From: a virus
Lineage: Duplodnaviria > Caudoviricetes
Length of the DNA stretch: 64,000 bases
Reading direction: 5' to 3' (one strand)
Virus record (IMG/VR): IMGVR_UViG_2636416120_000006
Location: 18,598 to 82,597 of that record
A model generated the notes under the pieces. The model saw only the letters and a program-made list of their open reading frames with translations. It did not search any database and was not told the DNA's origin. Positions within the stretch are counted from its first letter, which is position 1. Each line of letters begins with the position of its first letter. The translations under genes and the position numbers were made by a program. Positions 1 to 9,623 of the stretch are shown in pieces.

Positions 1-1
1 G

Positions 2-658
2 CCGTAGCAGACGGTACTCGTGGTTTCCTTCGATCCAGATGACCTCGGTATTGGGAGCGCGCTGGCGGATCGGGCCGAGGAAGTTGGTGTGCATCCAACG
101 GATGCGCTTGACGACGTCCCAGGTGCGAGGGTCGACGCTGTACTTCCCGAACTCCGGAAGGTCGAACCCGTCCCCGTTCAGAACCAGCTTATCAGGCTGA
201 ACCCTCTCCACGGTGTCGAGGAAGACCCTGAGCCAGAAGGGGTCGCACTCGATGTCGTGAATGTCGTTGCAGCCGAGGACCGTCTGCCAGCGGCCCGACG
301 CCGGCATGAGATATTTATCCTCGTATCCAGCCTTCTCCTCGTTCATCGCCCGGTAGCGGTCCTTGGACGCGTGTCGGGCGATGTGAAGCTCCATGCGGTG
401 CGCACCGCGGTGCAGCTGGATCCCAGCCTGGCGCCGGAACTCCTCCATCGTGCCGAAGTACCGATCCCAGGTGGCATCGGAGATGATGGAGTTCTTCCGG
501 AAGAACGTTCGCGTGACGAACTGGTCGGGGATCAACTCGGCCACCCGGCGGAGCTCGTCGACGCATTGCTGGGCCGTCCATTCCGGTCGGAAATTGTACC
601 CGTGCTCGTCGCGGACATAGTTGTCCTGGACGACTCCGTTGATGATCTTTTTCGACAT
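2..658 (-). CDS. Calcineurin-like metallophosphoesterase (runs off window start)
   Basis: Manually translated from ATG at 658: MSKKIINGVVQDNY...GCNDIHD...LNGDGFD...IEGNHEYRL, i.e. the DxH, GD and GNHE motifs; preceded by hairpin-RBS motif. Absent from the ORF track because it has no stop in the window. Confidence 0.85.
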   Translation of the reverse strand, partial: MSKKIINGVVQDNYVRDEHGYNFRPEWTAQQCVDELRRVAELIPDQFVTRTFFRKNSIISDATWDRYFGTMEEFRRQAGIQLHRGAHRMELHIARHASKDRYRAMNEEKAGYEDKYLMPASGRWQTVLGCNDIHDIECDPFWLRVFLDTVERVQPDKLVLNGDGFDLPEFGKYSVDPRTWDVVKRIRWMHTNFLGPIRQRAPNTEVIWIEGNHEYRLLR

Positions 659-683
659 TAGTCCCTCGCAGGGATGTGGACGA

Positions 684-872
684 TCAGCAGGATCGTTCGA
701 CGACCGTGTTGTGGCTGAGCAGCTGGTTGGTGAGCTGGTCGCTGATCACGTCGACGTCGTGGTTGGTGGGGCGGATGATCGGCACTGCCGAACAGGGCAG
801 TGACTTAGTCGCGGGCGTAGGTGCGCAGGCGCTTACGCCGATCAGCGCGAGGCAGAGAACGAATCTCTTCAT
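684..872 (-). CDS. o-spanin (Rz1-like lipoprotein)
   Basis: Signal peptide with lipobox GVSA-C; overlaps the 3' end of the i-spanin, downstream of the endolysin. Confidence 0.75.
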   Translation of the reverse strand: MKRFVLCLALIGVSACAPTPATKSLPCSAVPIIRPTNHDVDVISDQLTNQLLSHNTVVERSC

Positions 873-1056
873 CGGTGGTGACCTTGGTTGTGAGGACCTC
901 GATCGTCCTCTGGGTGGCCTTCAGCCGCTCCTCGTCCTGCCCTTTGGCGTAGACGACACGGTAGGCCACGATGCCGGCGGCGATCGCCAGCAGGGCGACG
1001 AGGATCCATCGCCCTGCAGCGGTGCCCACCAACCAGGTGAATGCGGTCTCAAGCAC
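805..1056 (-). CDS. i-spanin (Rz-like)
   Basis: N-terminal TM helix followed by a charged helical region; lies between endolysin and lipoprotein. Confidence 0.7.
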   Translation of the reverse strand: MLETAFTWLVGTAAGRWILVALLAIAAGIVAYRVVYAKGQDEERLKATQRTIEVLTTKVTTDEEIRSLPRADRRKRLRTYARD

Positions 1057-1765
1057 CGGTGGTCTGCCGGGTCTGGTAGCGACCGTAGATGGTCAGGGCG
1101 ACGCCGGCGGCGATCAGGACGGCGAAGCCGACCTTGAGCCACGGGAATCCCTCCGCCATCGGCAGAGCCGGCTGGACCGTCTCGATGATGGTCTGGCCGA
1201 GGCCACCGGTGCCGGCCAGAGCAGCGCCGATCACCGTCTTGGTCTTCGCCAGGTGAGGCGTCGGGACCGGCTCGCCGATGATCGTGCCGCCGTAGCTCTT
1301 CGCCCACAGAGCTACCTCAGCGGCGCGCCGGGCCACGAGGCCCTTCATGACCACGCCGCCCGACAGCCGAAACTGCGGCAGCCCAGTGATCGGCGCGCTG
1401 AAGTCGCCCTTGTTCAGCTGCTTGACGAAGCTGGCCTTCTCGAGCCAGCCCTCGCCGACGTTGAACGCCCAACTCACCAGAGCGCCGAACTGGTTGTCGT
1501 TGAGGGTCACCTCGACGTGGTCCATGACCGCGTCGGCCACCTCGGCCACATCCTTGTCGAAGAACGCCTGAGCCTGCTCCTGGGTGATCTTCTGCCCGAT
1601 GAAGACATCCGGCCCGGTATGACCCCATCCGATCGTCAGGGTGCCGACGATTTTGTCACCGGGGCTGAGCACCTTTTTCGGCTGCTTGTCGTCGTAGGCT
1701 ACGAGACGGAGCTCCTCGTATCTCTTGATCAGAGCCTCGGTCTCAGCATTGATTTTCCGTGTCAT
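1049..1765 (-). CDS. Endolysin, GH24 phage lysozyme with C-terminal hydrophobic segments
   Basis: IKRYEELRLVAY...TIGWGHTG...NQFGALVSWAFNVG...GLVARRAAE; start set at MTRKIN (1765) behind the hairpin RBS. Confidence 0.9.
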   Translation of the reverse strand: MTRKINAETEALIKRYEELRLVAYDDKQPKKVLSPGDKIVGTLTIGWGHTGPDVFIGQKITQEQAQAFFDKDVAEVADAVMDHVEVTLNDNQFGALVSWAFNVGEGWLEKASFVKQLNKGDFSAPITGLPQFRLSGGVVMKGLVARRAAEVALWAKSYGGTIIGEPVPTPHLAKTKTVIGAALAGTGGLGQTIIETVQPALPMAEGFPWLKVGFAVLIAAGVALTIYGRYQTRQTTGA

Positions 1766-1772
1766 TTGACCC

Positions 1773-2072
1773 TCACAGGGTTGGGAGCTTGAGCGCCAAC
1801 AGTGCGAATCCACCGAGCATGGTCGTCAGGAGGACACTGGCAGCGCCGTAGGCGAGTAACTTGACCGGATCGAAGGCGTCCTTGGTGACGTAGTCCTTCA
1901 GGGTCTCGCTGATCTCGTCCCGAAGCCGGGTGACGTCCGCCTTCGAATCTTCTTTGTACTGTCGGAAGTCGTGGCGTAGCTCTCGGATGTCACTCGATAG
2001 AGCTGACAGCTGCTCAGTGAGTCGTGTGATTTGCACGAGCAGACTGGTGCGGGGCGTCAGCTCATCTTCCAT
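1773..2072 (-). CDS. Putative holin-like membrane protein (coiled coil plus C-terminal TM)
   Basis: Immediately upstream of the endolysin; single C-terminal hydrophobic helix. Confidence 0.5.
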   Translation of the reverse strand: MEDELTPRTSLLVQITRLTEQLSALSSDIRELRHDFRQYKEDSKADVTRLRDEISETLKDYVTKDAFDPVKLLAYGAASVLLTTMLGGFALLALKLPTL

Positions 2073-2117
2073 GGTTAGGCTCCGAGAAAATCTCTGGGAA
2101 CCTAGCAGAGAAGCAGC

Positions 2118-2273
2118 TTACTTCGGCTGACTCTCACTGAGTCTCTTGTATTCTTCGCGGATGAACTCTCTCAGAACTTCGCTCTGGCTGCGGCTGGTCC
2201 ACTCAGCGATCTTGGCAAGCCGGTCACGATCGTCAGGCGAACCGTAACAGCTGATCATCACCTTCCTGCTCAT
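2118..2273 (-). CDS. Ribbon-helix-helix (CopG-like) DNA-binding protein, 51 aa
   Basis: Manual translation MSRKVMISCYGSPDDRDRLAKIAEWTSRSQSEVLREFIREEYKRLSESQPK; ATGA overlap with the upstream gene. Confidence 0.7.
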   Translation of the reverse strand: MSRKVMISCYGSPDDRDRLAKIAEWTSRSQSEVLREFIREEYKRLSESQPK

Positions 2274-2536
2274 AGACTGGGCTCCTTGATGTCGTGACCC
2301 TCGATCCGAGCCCGCGTCAGCAGCCGGCGGATGATCTTGAGGATGTTGGTGTCGAGAACGGCCCTGGTGGCCGCGGTCTTCTTGACCGACAGCAGCACGC
2401 CCTCGAGGTTGAGTGCGGCCTGGGCTAGGTCCGACAAACCTGTCCCGAGGTCGGGGTAGGCTTCTCGGCGAGCGAGCTCGGCCTTGACCGCTTCTGGCGC
2501 AACGACGACGAGTAGAGCCAGCTGGTCCTGGCTCAT
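2270..2536 (-). CDS. Hypothetical protein
   Basis: GGAGGAG SD before ATG (MSQDQL...); stop overlaps the next start. Confidence 0.6.
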   Translation of the reverse strand: MSQDQLALLVVVAPEAVKAELARREAYPDLGTGLSDLAQAALNLEGVLLSVKKTAATRAVLDTNILKIIRRLLTRARIEGHDIKEPSL

Positions 2537-2539
2537 CTC

Positions 2540-2710
2540 CTCCAAGTTGATATTAAGTACAGACAATGGCTTCTCTCCGAACGTTTTGCCTCGGCGAGAT
2601 ATATGAGAGTGCGATTTGGGATTGAAGGGTATTTCTGCTAGCAAATTTAATAGTAGATATATACTGCTCTTTGAACTGAATATGCTGTCGACTATATGAC
2701 GACCCACTGC
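2540..2710. promoter_or_regulatory. AT-rich divergent promoter region with two palindromic boxes (2545-2558, 2652-2665)
   Basis: Non-coding, AT-rich, between divergent genes; boxes match the RGTWRATATCWACY consensus. Confidence 0.6.
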
Positions 2711-2732
2711 CATTCCTGCGAGGAACCGATTG

Positions 2733-3245
2733 ATGTCAGATGATATGGGTGTGGGTGGCAACGCCGCCCTGGTGATCAAGAGCTACGTCGACCGTCGGGT
2801 TGAGCTCGCTCAGCGGAAGATCCCGCTGAAGGCCGAGCGCAAGGACGAGGTCAAGAACATGAAGGACGCGGGCCTGCCAGCGGTGGAGCTGATCGCCCTG
2901 TCCAAGCGCGACGATGACAAGCTGGCCGAGAAGGCTGAGCGGCTCACCCTCGCTGGCTCCCTGCTCGGCATCCCGGTCTACGCCGGCGAGGTCAGTTCCG
3001 ATCGGGACACCAGCCAGGACCATATCCTGGAGGCGAGCCTCAAGCGGGTCCTCGATATCGACGAGGAGCTGAAGGAGATCTCCGAGGACGAGAAGGCTCT
3101 GAACAAGGCCGCCAAAGGAGAAGGATTCTCGGTCTACCTGATCGACCGCTGCGTCCAATTCCGCCTGGATCCGGACTCGATCCAGGGCTACCGGGACGAC
3201 AGCGCCCTATTCGAAAAGTACTGGGAAGCCGCGACGGCGGAGTGA
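2733..3245 (+). CDS. GapR/DUF2312-like DNA-binding protein with two tandem domains
   Basis: C-half (SLKRVLDIDEELKEISEDEKALNKAAKGEGFSVYLIDRCVQFR...LFEKYWEA) aligns by eye to Caulobacter GapR; N-half shows the same pattern. Confidence 0.75.
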   Translation: MSDDMGVGGNAALVIKSYVDRRVELAQRKIPLKAERKDEVKNMKDAGLPAVELIALSKRDDDKLAEKAERLTLAGSLLGIPVYAGEVSSDRDTSQDHILEASLKRVLDIDEELKEISEDEKALNKAAKGEGFSVYLIDRCVQFRLDPDSIQGYRDDSALFEKYWEAATAE

Positions 3246-3248
3246 TTT

Positions 3249-3280
3249 TGAAGGGAGGGTGGGTCACCACCCTCCCTTCA
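3249..3280. terminator. Hairpin between convergent genes, probable bidirectional terminator
   Basis: 14-bp perfect stem TGAAGGGAGGGTGG/CCACCCTCCCTTCA. Confidence 0.7.
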
Positions 3281-3282
3281 CA

Positions 3283-4095
3283 CTATCGTCCTCGGCTCTG
3301 CCGGATCGTGACCGAAGCCAGATCCATCGTTTCACAGTCGGCGTCCGACAGTTCTCTGGTCCAGACGCCATAGCACTCAACCAACAGGTTGGCCTCATTG
3401 TATGCGATATATGGAGTGCCGACGCAGGGCTTCTGCAGCGGGGTTCCATTCACCATGTTCGTCACGTTGATGGCCACGGTGGTGTCTGCGATTTTAGAGC
3501 CGCCGACGTAAAACCGCGCCCGCAGGTTCCCCGCTTTGAGACTTTGGAAGATGGTGAAGTAGGTTGTGTAGCAAAGCGATGTCGGCGCTGTTATAGCCGT
3601 CGCGGCCTGCTGTGCTCCGGACTCAAACCTGCGCAGCGCAGGAGCCAGGGGTGCTGCCGAACTCGGATAGCCCTGACCGGATGTCCGCGTCGCATAGACG
3701 ATGGAGGCCTTTCCATCCGCCAGCCCGTCGCTCGACACGATTGGAGACGTCCAGCTCGTCACGCTGTCGTGCTGCGTCGGTAGACCCACCGCCATGTGAG
3801 AGAAGAGGGTCCATTCCGTGGAATAGTCGATCTGCGGCCCGGGGAGATACTTAGTGCCGCGAAGCTGAATCCCTCCCCCTGTCATCAACACGGCGCTCGA
3901 GTGTGCTCCCGCATTCCCCGGCGTGGCGACACCGGTCGACTGCGCCCCCACCGCGGTAGAATAGTTCCGGATCGACGTGAGCGTGTCCGAGCCGTCCATA
4001 AAATAGAGGCCGGCGAGCTGCGCTGCGGAGAAGCCACGCGGGCCGTCGAAAGGCAGGGACGGATCGTCGACTGCCGTTGCGGTGATGATCCTCAT
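3283..4095 (-). CDS. Tail-spike-associated beta-rich protein (possibly ConA/LamG-like)
   Basis: Coupled by ATGA overlap to the tail spike; beta-rich, ends with a 'WTRELSD' LamG-like pattern. Confidence 0.5.
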   Translation of the reverse strand: MRIITATAVDDPSLPFDGPRGFSAAQLAGLYFMDGSDTLTSIRNYSTAVGAQSTGVATPGNAGAHSSAVLMTGGGIQLRGTKYLPGPQIDYSTEWTLFSHMAVGLPTQHDSVTSWTSPIVSSDGLADGKASIVYATRTSGQGYPSSAAPLAPALRRFESGAQQAATAITAPTSLCYTTYFTIFQSLKAGNLRARFYVGGSKIADTTVAINVTNMVNGTPLQKPCVGTPYIAYNEANLLVECYGVWTRELSDADCETMDLASVTIRQSRGR

Positions 4096-7000
4096 CCCTG
4101 AACCTCAATATCAACAAATGGAAGAAGGGGATTCCACAGGGGGTAAGCTTGGCCTTGACGCGCGCCGTAGGCTGTATCCCGGAAGACCAGCGGTGAGCGC
4201 AGCGTGTCGCTGTCGAAGACATTCCCGTAGGTGTCGACGCGGGCGACGTTCACGGTGTCTCCGATCGAAAATGCGCCAGCACCAGCCGATGCGTCACGGG
4301 CCTCGCCTATAAGGATCGTCTGGCCGCCGGAGAACGCGGCAGAACGAGCTATCCAGGTCTTCGCTGTCGCCTTGGTCTGGTTCTGGACGTAGAACGCCCC
4401 TTCAGTCAGGAGCTGCGAGATCGAGGCAGGAACCGCGCCGGCGACGACAAGTTCCTTCGATGCCTGGCCGTTCGGCAGCGTTGCGCCGTCTCGCCACTCC
4501 ACCACCGGTGTTGCAAGGGTTTCGACGACACGGTCGGTCCCGAATGTGACCGTCGCCAGCTTGGCAGGGCTGCGAGCCGCGGCAAGCTTCAGGCGAAGCT
4601 GATCCGGCCCGATCACCGTGACGCTACTGATCGCCGGACCACTCGCGTAGGTCCCGCCGGCCCCGGGGAGATCTCCCTTGATCAGAGACCCATACATGAC
4701 CTTGAAGCCCATGTCGGCGCCGCGCGCCGGCCAGAACGTGGTATCCAGCCGGATCGGTGGCCGAGGCACGTTGAAGATGAGATCGATCGTCGTGTCGTCC
4801 ACCCAGCGGGCGCTGACGCAACGCAGCGCCAGATGCTGTTCTCGGCCGATCACGTGACGGTAGATGCCCTTACCGTGGTTGCTCCCGATCCAGCACTCGC
4901 CGTCGGCGGTGCGATGGACGTCCGAACCGTGAACCTCGACACCACTTCCGTTCAGGTAGCGGCTGTTGACGGCGCTTGGCACATGCCAGACCGGGCCAAT
5001 CGGGAAGATCTTGGTCGGCTCCTTGTCAGCAGCCATGAGCTGTGCCTGCGCCGCCAGGCCACCGTTGGTCGAATACGTCCAGAACGGGATGCGTCCCTTC
5101 TGCCCCATGATCGCGGCGAAGGCGTTGTGGCAGTCGTCGGCGAGTTGGATAAGATCATCCCGATAAAAGTTTGCCGCATCGACATACGACAACACCGGTC
5201 CGGTGCGGGTGCGCTTTTGGGAGTTGTTGGCCTCTCCCTGCCACCACACGACGCCTAGCACCGCGCAAGTCTTCTGCTTGCTGTCGGCGTAAACCTTTAC
5301 CCGACGGACGTCGTCAACCATCGTCCCGAAATAGTCACCACCACCATCTCGGGTGTCGGGCTGAATGGGCGTCTTCGACAACTCATCAAGGTAACACCCC
5401 CCACGCCCAGCAAAAGTGACGATAATCTCGGGGGCACCGTCGCGGCGGATCGGGCTATTGGGACCGCAGAGCAGCTCCTTCAACATCGCCACCATGCCTG
5501 TTGCGCTGGTTTCGCCTGTGGCGCCGTCCTGAACCTCAGTCAGGGGGATGACATTGAAGTCTGACGCTGGCCGGCCGGTTGGATTGTGCGCATAGGTGTC
5601 GAGCTTCCAGGTCCGCACACCCCGAACGAACCGCTTGCCGCTATGACCGGTCTCACTGGTGCTGACCACTGGGAGGGCTTCGGATCCCTCACCCAGGCTT
5701 TGCCCATAGACGATCAGGTGCAGGATGTCCGCTCCGAGCGGGTTCGAGGTCAGTGATGTGGACCCACCCCCGAGGCCGACGTCACCGCTGCCGTCCTTCG
5801 TCTTGCGGTAGAGGATGCGACCATTTTTCGAGAGGATGGCGAGCGCCTCGTTCGGATCGGTGCTCTTCTCGAAGCTGCCGCCCCCGTCGCCGGCGATGTC
5901 CATACCCTTGAACACGTGCCAAAGCATGTCTGCGCCGAAGCCGCCAAGGACGCGGCCACTCTTGGTAGCATCGCCGGGCGTGGCGAAGCGGGCCAGGAAG
6001 TCGATGCCGGCGATCCGCGCTGCATCCTCGATCTGCACAGCATTGGCTACCGGCAGCATCTTGCCGTTGATGTCGTCTAGCTGGGCCTGGATCGCGGTGC
6101 TCGAGGCGCTCTCATCGGTAAGGTAGCCGAGCTTGCCGTAACCGTTGATGCCGGGGAGGTACTGGACGTAGTTGGCGTTCCCCTTCTGTGTCAGGTTGTA
6201 GGCCTTGATCTGGCAGGCGTTGTCGTCCGTCCCGCCGACATTGCTGTCGTTGCGGAGCTGGAAGAGGGCGATATGGGCATCAATGGCCATGCCGCCGACG
6301 ATGTCGATCAGGGACCGGCAGTTGTCGGTGGTGGTGTTCAGGAAGTGGATGTTGTTCCGCTTCAGATTGCAGTTGCGGACATTGAGTACCTGGTTCCAGG
6401 ACGTGCTCGGGTCGACGATGTTGACGTCCGGCAGCGCCTGGATGCCGATGTGATTGTCGAACAGGTCGGAGTCGATGATCATCGCTGGACCGACCGGGAC
6501 GAAGCCGCACTTGCCGTTGCGGTGAAACCGGCTGCCGATCACCTCGACGTCCTGCCAAGCGTGTGGGCTCATGCCGTCGCCGATGATGGCATCAGTCATT
6601 TCGACGTCGATCACCCGAAGGCGGGCTCGGGTCTCAGGCCAATCGCCGGTGCCATTGGAGGTGGGCGGCGCGAAGTCGGCTGAGAGGGTGTGGTTGATAC
6701 CATCGTTCCACGGACGCACACCCCGAACGCTTGCGATCGTGCCGGACATCATGTCGGGAGCGATGCAGTTCAGGGTCCCGGGCCCCCAGATCTCGCAGTC
6801 CTCGATATTACCATAGACACGGCCAGCCCGGATGCCATGAGCGTAGCCGTGCCAGATCCGCAGACCAGCGATTTCGATCTCGGTCGCACCGATGAGATTC
6901 CGCGGAGGCGGCGCCAGGTTGAGACCGGCATAGTATTCGGACCTGAAGAGCTGCAGCCCGTTCGGATCGGCGTTGTTTCGCGGCTTGATGTACATCAAGC

Positions 7001-8768
7001 CGGTCGCGCCTCCGTTCCAATAGGCGCCGGTCGTCGCCGGGAGCGCGTCGAGTGCGGCCGCGCTCCCCGTGGTCGGACTCAGGCGCGTATAGGTGCAGAA
7101 GCCCCAGAAGCCGTCGGGCTGGCTGTAGTCGTGGATCGAGCCGTTGGCCACGAGCGAATTCGTGATGCCCGCGAAGACGTTGGGCCGCTCCCAGACGTTG
7201 TTGAGACCGGCGGTCTTCGTCCAGCCGCCGGCGAGCATCGTCCCGGGCCTGATGATGCTCTTGAAGTTGCGGTCGCCGACGATGCGGATCTTGCGGAAAG
7301 CGTTGGAGGGGATGTCGATCGTGCCGCTGTAGATGCCACCCTTGAGCGCGATATCCAGCTCTTCACTGGTCTCGGTGACATGCGCGATGGCCGCGCGCAG
7401 CGTCTTGAATGGGCTGCTCTCGGTTCCGACGCCGTCCTGACCGACCGCCGGATTGATGTAGACCCGTTTGGCCCACGGGTTGACCTTCTCGAAAGACGAC
7501 GGCGAGTGCGTCATCACGCGCGGGGTCGGGGTGAACCCGCCGGCCCGGCCGACGGCGCCCATGAACCCGATCGGCAAGCCTGACACGGTGAAGCTCGAGA
7601 CCTGCACACCGTTCTGGGTCAGGGTGAACAGGCCGGTGGTCTGGTCGGCGTCGAGGGCGACCGACATCTCGTGCTCGACACTCGCCTGCAGTGCCGTCCG
7701 CGGCACGGTCGGCCCAATCACGACGCCGGTGCTAGACCCCGGTGCCGTGTATGTGTCGATCAAGGTAGTGGCATCGAGCTTGCGGGCAACAACAAGTCCG
7801 TTCTGCTGCCAGAGAATGGCGACGAAGGTCGTGGAGTCGGGGGTAGAGGCGCTGGTAGGATTCCAGCAAATGCCGAAGCTGTCGGTGCTGTTGAGTCCGT
7901 CAGTTTTAAACTTGACCTTGAATGTTCGGTTCGCCGGGCTCTTTTGCCCAGTCAGATATCCGGTAAGGAAAGCGCTGGCATTGTAGGTCTGGCTGATAAC
8001 CAACTTGCCATCGACGACGCTCCAGGAATATCGGGTCGTCGGGTTCGTGATCGGTGTATTGAACACCGTGAACTGCGTCGGATCGGCAAAATCGATCGTC
8101 AGCGAGTCCTGCTCCAGGGCTACCAGGCGGCTGTCGTGGGCGGCAATTTCGTCCGACAGCTCGCCTGTGGCGTCAGGCCCCCAGTAGACCCAAGTGCCGG
8201 TACCATTCGGATTGCCTGTGGATGCACCGGCGCCGTTCTTGCGATAGAGGCCGCGCTTGTTAACGTCGGGCTCCAGAGGACCGACCCGCGCGATCACCTT
8301 GTCAGCCGGCTTCAGATCGGCAGACATAAGCGCAAAGGTGTCGTAGCCGATGCTCCAACTGCCGTTCGCGGCTGCTGCTTGAGCCCCCGCCAATACCTCT
8401 TGAGCGTCCTCCACCAAGTCCGACGTTTGCTCGATCTGCTGCTGGAGCGTTAGCGGATCGGAGATGCGGTTCTGCACCTCTACAAGCAGATCTGAAGTCG
8501 CTCGAACCACCTCGGCCGACGCTGCTGCACCGGCAAACATGATGATGGAATAGGCGAGGTTCGATCCTGACGCTCCACCCCAAGCAGGATCGATTTTCAA
8601 GCTTGTATCAGAACCGACTTCGACAATCTGGTAAAGCTCTGGACTTCCAGTAGCGGTAAAAATGTCTCCAACGCGAATGTTTTTCTGCCAGACCGTACCA
8701 GTTCCCGCGATGACTTGGGATCCAGCCGCGACTGAAACGGTTCCCTCACTATACCATCCGGACGCCAT
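4092..8768 (-). CDS. Tail spike/fiber: N-terminal anchor, beta-helix depolymerase-like region and SGNH (SASA/CE6-like) esterase domain
   Basis: N-terminal WYSEGTVSV..GTGTVW fiber anchor; DGVGTESSPFKTL/LKGGIY beta-helix start; YGQSL, WWQGEAN and DVH SGNH motifs. Confidence 0.8.
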   Translation of the reverse strand: MASGWYSEGTVSVAAGSQVIAGTGTVWQKNIRVGDIFTATGSPELYQIVEVGSDTSLKIDPAWGGASGSNLAYSIIMFAGAAASAEVVRATSDLLVEVQNRISDPLTLQQQIEQTSDLVEDAQEVLAGAQAAAANGSWSIGYDTFALMSADLKPADKVIARVGPLEPDVNKRGLYRKNGAGASTGNPNGTGTWVYWGPDATGELSDEIAAHDSRLVALEQDSLTIDFADPTQFTVFNTPITNPTTRYSWSVVDGKLVISQTYNASAFLTGYLTGQKSPANRTFKVKFKTDGLNSTDSFGICWNPTSASTPDSTTFVAILWQQNGLVVARKLDATTLIDTYTAPGSSTGVVIGPTVPRTALQASVEHEMSVALDADQTTGLFTLTQNGVQVSSFTVSGLPIGFMGAVGRAGGFTPTPRVMTHSPSSFEKVNPWAKRVYINPAVGQDGVGTESSPFKTLRAAIAHVTETSEELDIALKGGIYSGTIDIPSNAFRKIRIVGDRNFKSIIRPGTMLAGGWTKTAGLNNVWERPNVFAGITNSLVANGSIHDYSQPDGFWGFCTYTRLSPTTGSAAALDALPATTGAYWNGGATGLMYIKPRNNADPNGLQLFRSEYYAGLNLAPPPRNLIGATEIEIAGLRIWHGYAHGIRAGRVYGNIEDCEIWGPGTLNCIAPDMMSGTIASVRGVRPWNDGINHTLSADFAPPTSNGTGDWPETRARLRVIDVEMTDAIIGDGMSPHAWQDVEVIGSRFHRNGKCGFVPVGPAMIIDSDLFDNHIGIQALPDVNIVDPSTSWNQVLNVRNCNLKRNNIHFLNTTTDNCRSLIDIVGGMAIDAHIALFQLRNDSNVGGTDDNACQIKAYNLTQKGNANYVQYLPGINGYGKLGYLTDESASSTAIQAQLDDINGKMLPVANAVQIEDAARIAGIDFLARFATPGDATKSGRVLGGFGADMLWHVFKGMDIAGDGGGSFEKSTDPNEALAILSKNGRILYRKTKDGSGDVGLGGGSTSLTSNPLGADILHLIVYGQSLGEGSEALPVVSTSETGHSGKRFVRGVRTWKLDTYAHNPTGRPASDFNVIPLTEVQDGATGETSATGMVAMLKELLCGPNSPIRRDGAPEIIVTFAGRGGCYLDELSKTPIQPDTRDGGGDYFGTMVDDVRRVKVYADSKQKTCAVLGVVWWQGEANNSQKRTRTGPVLSYVDAANFYRDDLIQLADDCHNAFAAIMGQKGRIPFWTYSTNGGLAAQAQLMAADKEPTKIFPIGPVWHVPSAVNSRYLNGSGVEVHGSDVHRTADGECWIGSNHGKGIYRHVIGREQHLALRCVSARWVDDTTIDLIFNVPRPPIRLDTTFWPARGADMGFKVMYGSLIKGDLPGAGGTYASGPAISSVTVIGPDQLRLKLAAARSPAKLATVTFGTDRVVETLATPVVEWRDGATLPNGQASKELVVAGAVPASISQLLTEGAFYVQNQTKATAKTWIARSAAFSGGQTILIGEARDASAGAGAFSIGDTVNVARVDTYGNVFDSDTLRSPLVFRDTAYGARQGQAYPLWNPLLPFVDIEVQG

Positions 8769-8836
8769 GCATTAGTCTCCAGCAGAGATAACTGGATTTA
8801 TACAAATCGTCGCTCATACATTCCAGGGTTAATTGA

Positions 8837-9244
8837 TCACCATGCGATGTTGCAGGCCACTTCGATTTCCCGTGGAGTGGATGCTTCGGTGATATTTCTT
8901 TTTGCACTCAGGCGGAGCCCCTCAATTCCGGCGACAGCGGTCTGCCATTGGGCTCGAACATTCAGCACGACTTGAGCGACAGCGTAGATGTCATCCGCCT
9001 CCACCCCTGTCTCCGGCACGGTGATACCGACCTCAGCGAAGAGCACAGGGAAAGCTCCCCTGGAAATATCCGCTTGGTCAGCTCGCACGACGGCAGTCGC
9101 CTCCTCGATTTTCAACTGATAGACAAGCGTCTGACCCACACCATCGGTGAGATACCTCGAGCGCGCGATTTCGGCCTCCGCGTCGATCTTCGCGATCGCC
9201 GCCTCCTTCAACGGCACCAAGTCCTTAGTGAGCGACAATCTCAT
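8837..9244 (-). CDS. Tail fiber assembly-like protein
   Basis: Start MRLSLTKD; 'AKIDAEAEIARSRYLT..GQ..VY..K..EA' pattern typical of fiber-adjacent genes. Confidence 0.55.
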   Translation of the reverse strand: MRLSLTKDLVPLKEAAIAKIDAEAEIARSRYLTDGVGQTLVYQLKIEEATAVVRADQADISRGAFPVLFAEVGITVPETGVEADDIYAVAQVVLNVRAQWQTAVAGIEGLRLSAKRNITEASTPREIEVACNIAW

Positions 9245-9623
9245 ATCGGGCATCCTTATAGGGCCACTGCTTGATCTCGACCACATAGGTCGCCGGCATG
9301 GGGCTGGCGATCGACAGAGACCCGCCCTCGACGACGTGCTCGACGTCGTCAACGATGACCCTGCAAGGGTCCGGAAGACCAACCAGCGTTGCCTCGTCGA
9401 CACCGTCCGCAGCGATCTCCATCTTGTCAAAGATCGGCAGAACCGGGCGGTTGGCGATCTGTCCCTCCACCATGTAGTGGTCTCGGTATGACAGCCTGGA
9501 GGACACAGCGACGGAGATCCCGCCCGGGTAGCCACCAGCTTGCAGAGGCACGTCCTCCTCCCGACACTGGCCGACGATAAGGATCCGTCCAGTCGCGCTA
9601 TCGTAAACGGCGTAGTCGATCAT
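9225..9623 (-). CDS. Tail-associated hypothetical protein
   Basis: Coupled to gene J; good coding ORF. Confidence 0.6.
   Translation of the reverse strand: MIDYAVYDSATGRILIVGQCREEDVPLQAGGYPGGISVAVSSRLSYRDHYMVEGQIANRPVLPIFDKMEIAADGVDEATLVGLPDPCRVIVDDVEHVVEGGSLSIASPMPATYVVEIKQWPYKDARYEIVAH

Noticed and set aside
4104-4116. Additional palindromic promoter box (TCAATATCAAC)
   Set aside because: Lies inside the tail-spike coding end with no adjacent -35/-10; probably chance.
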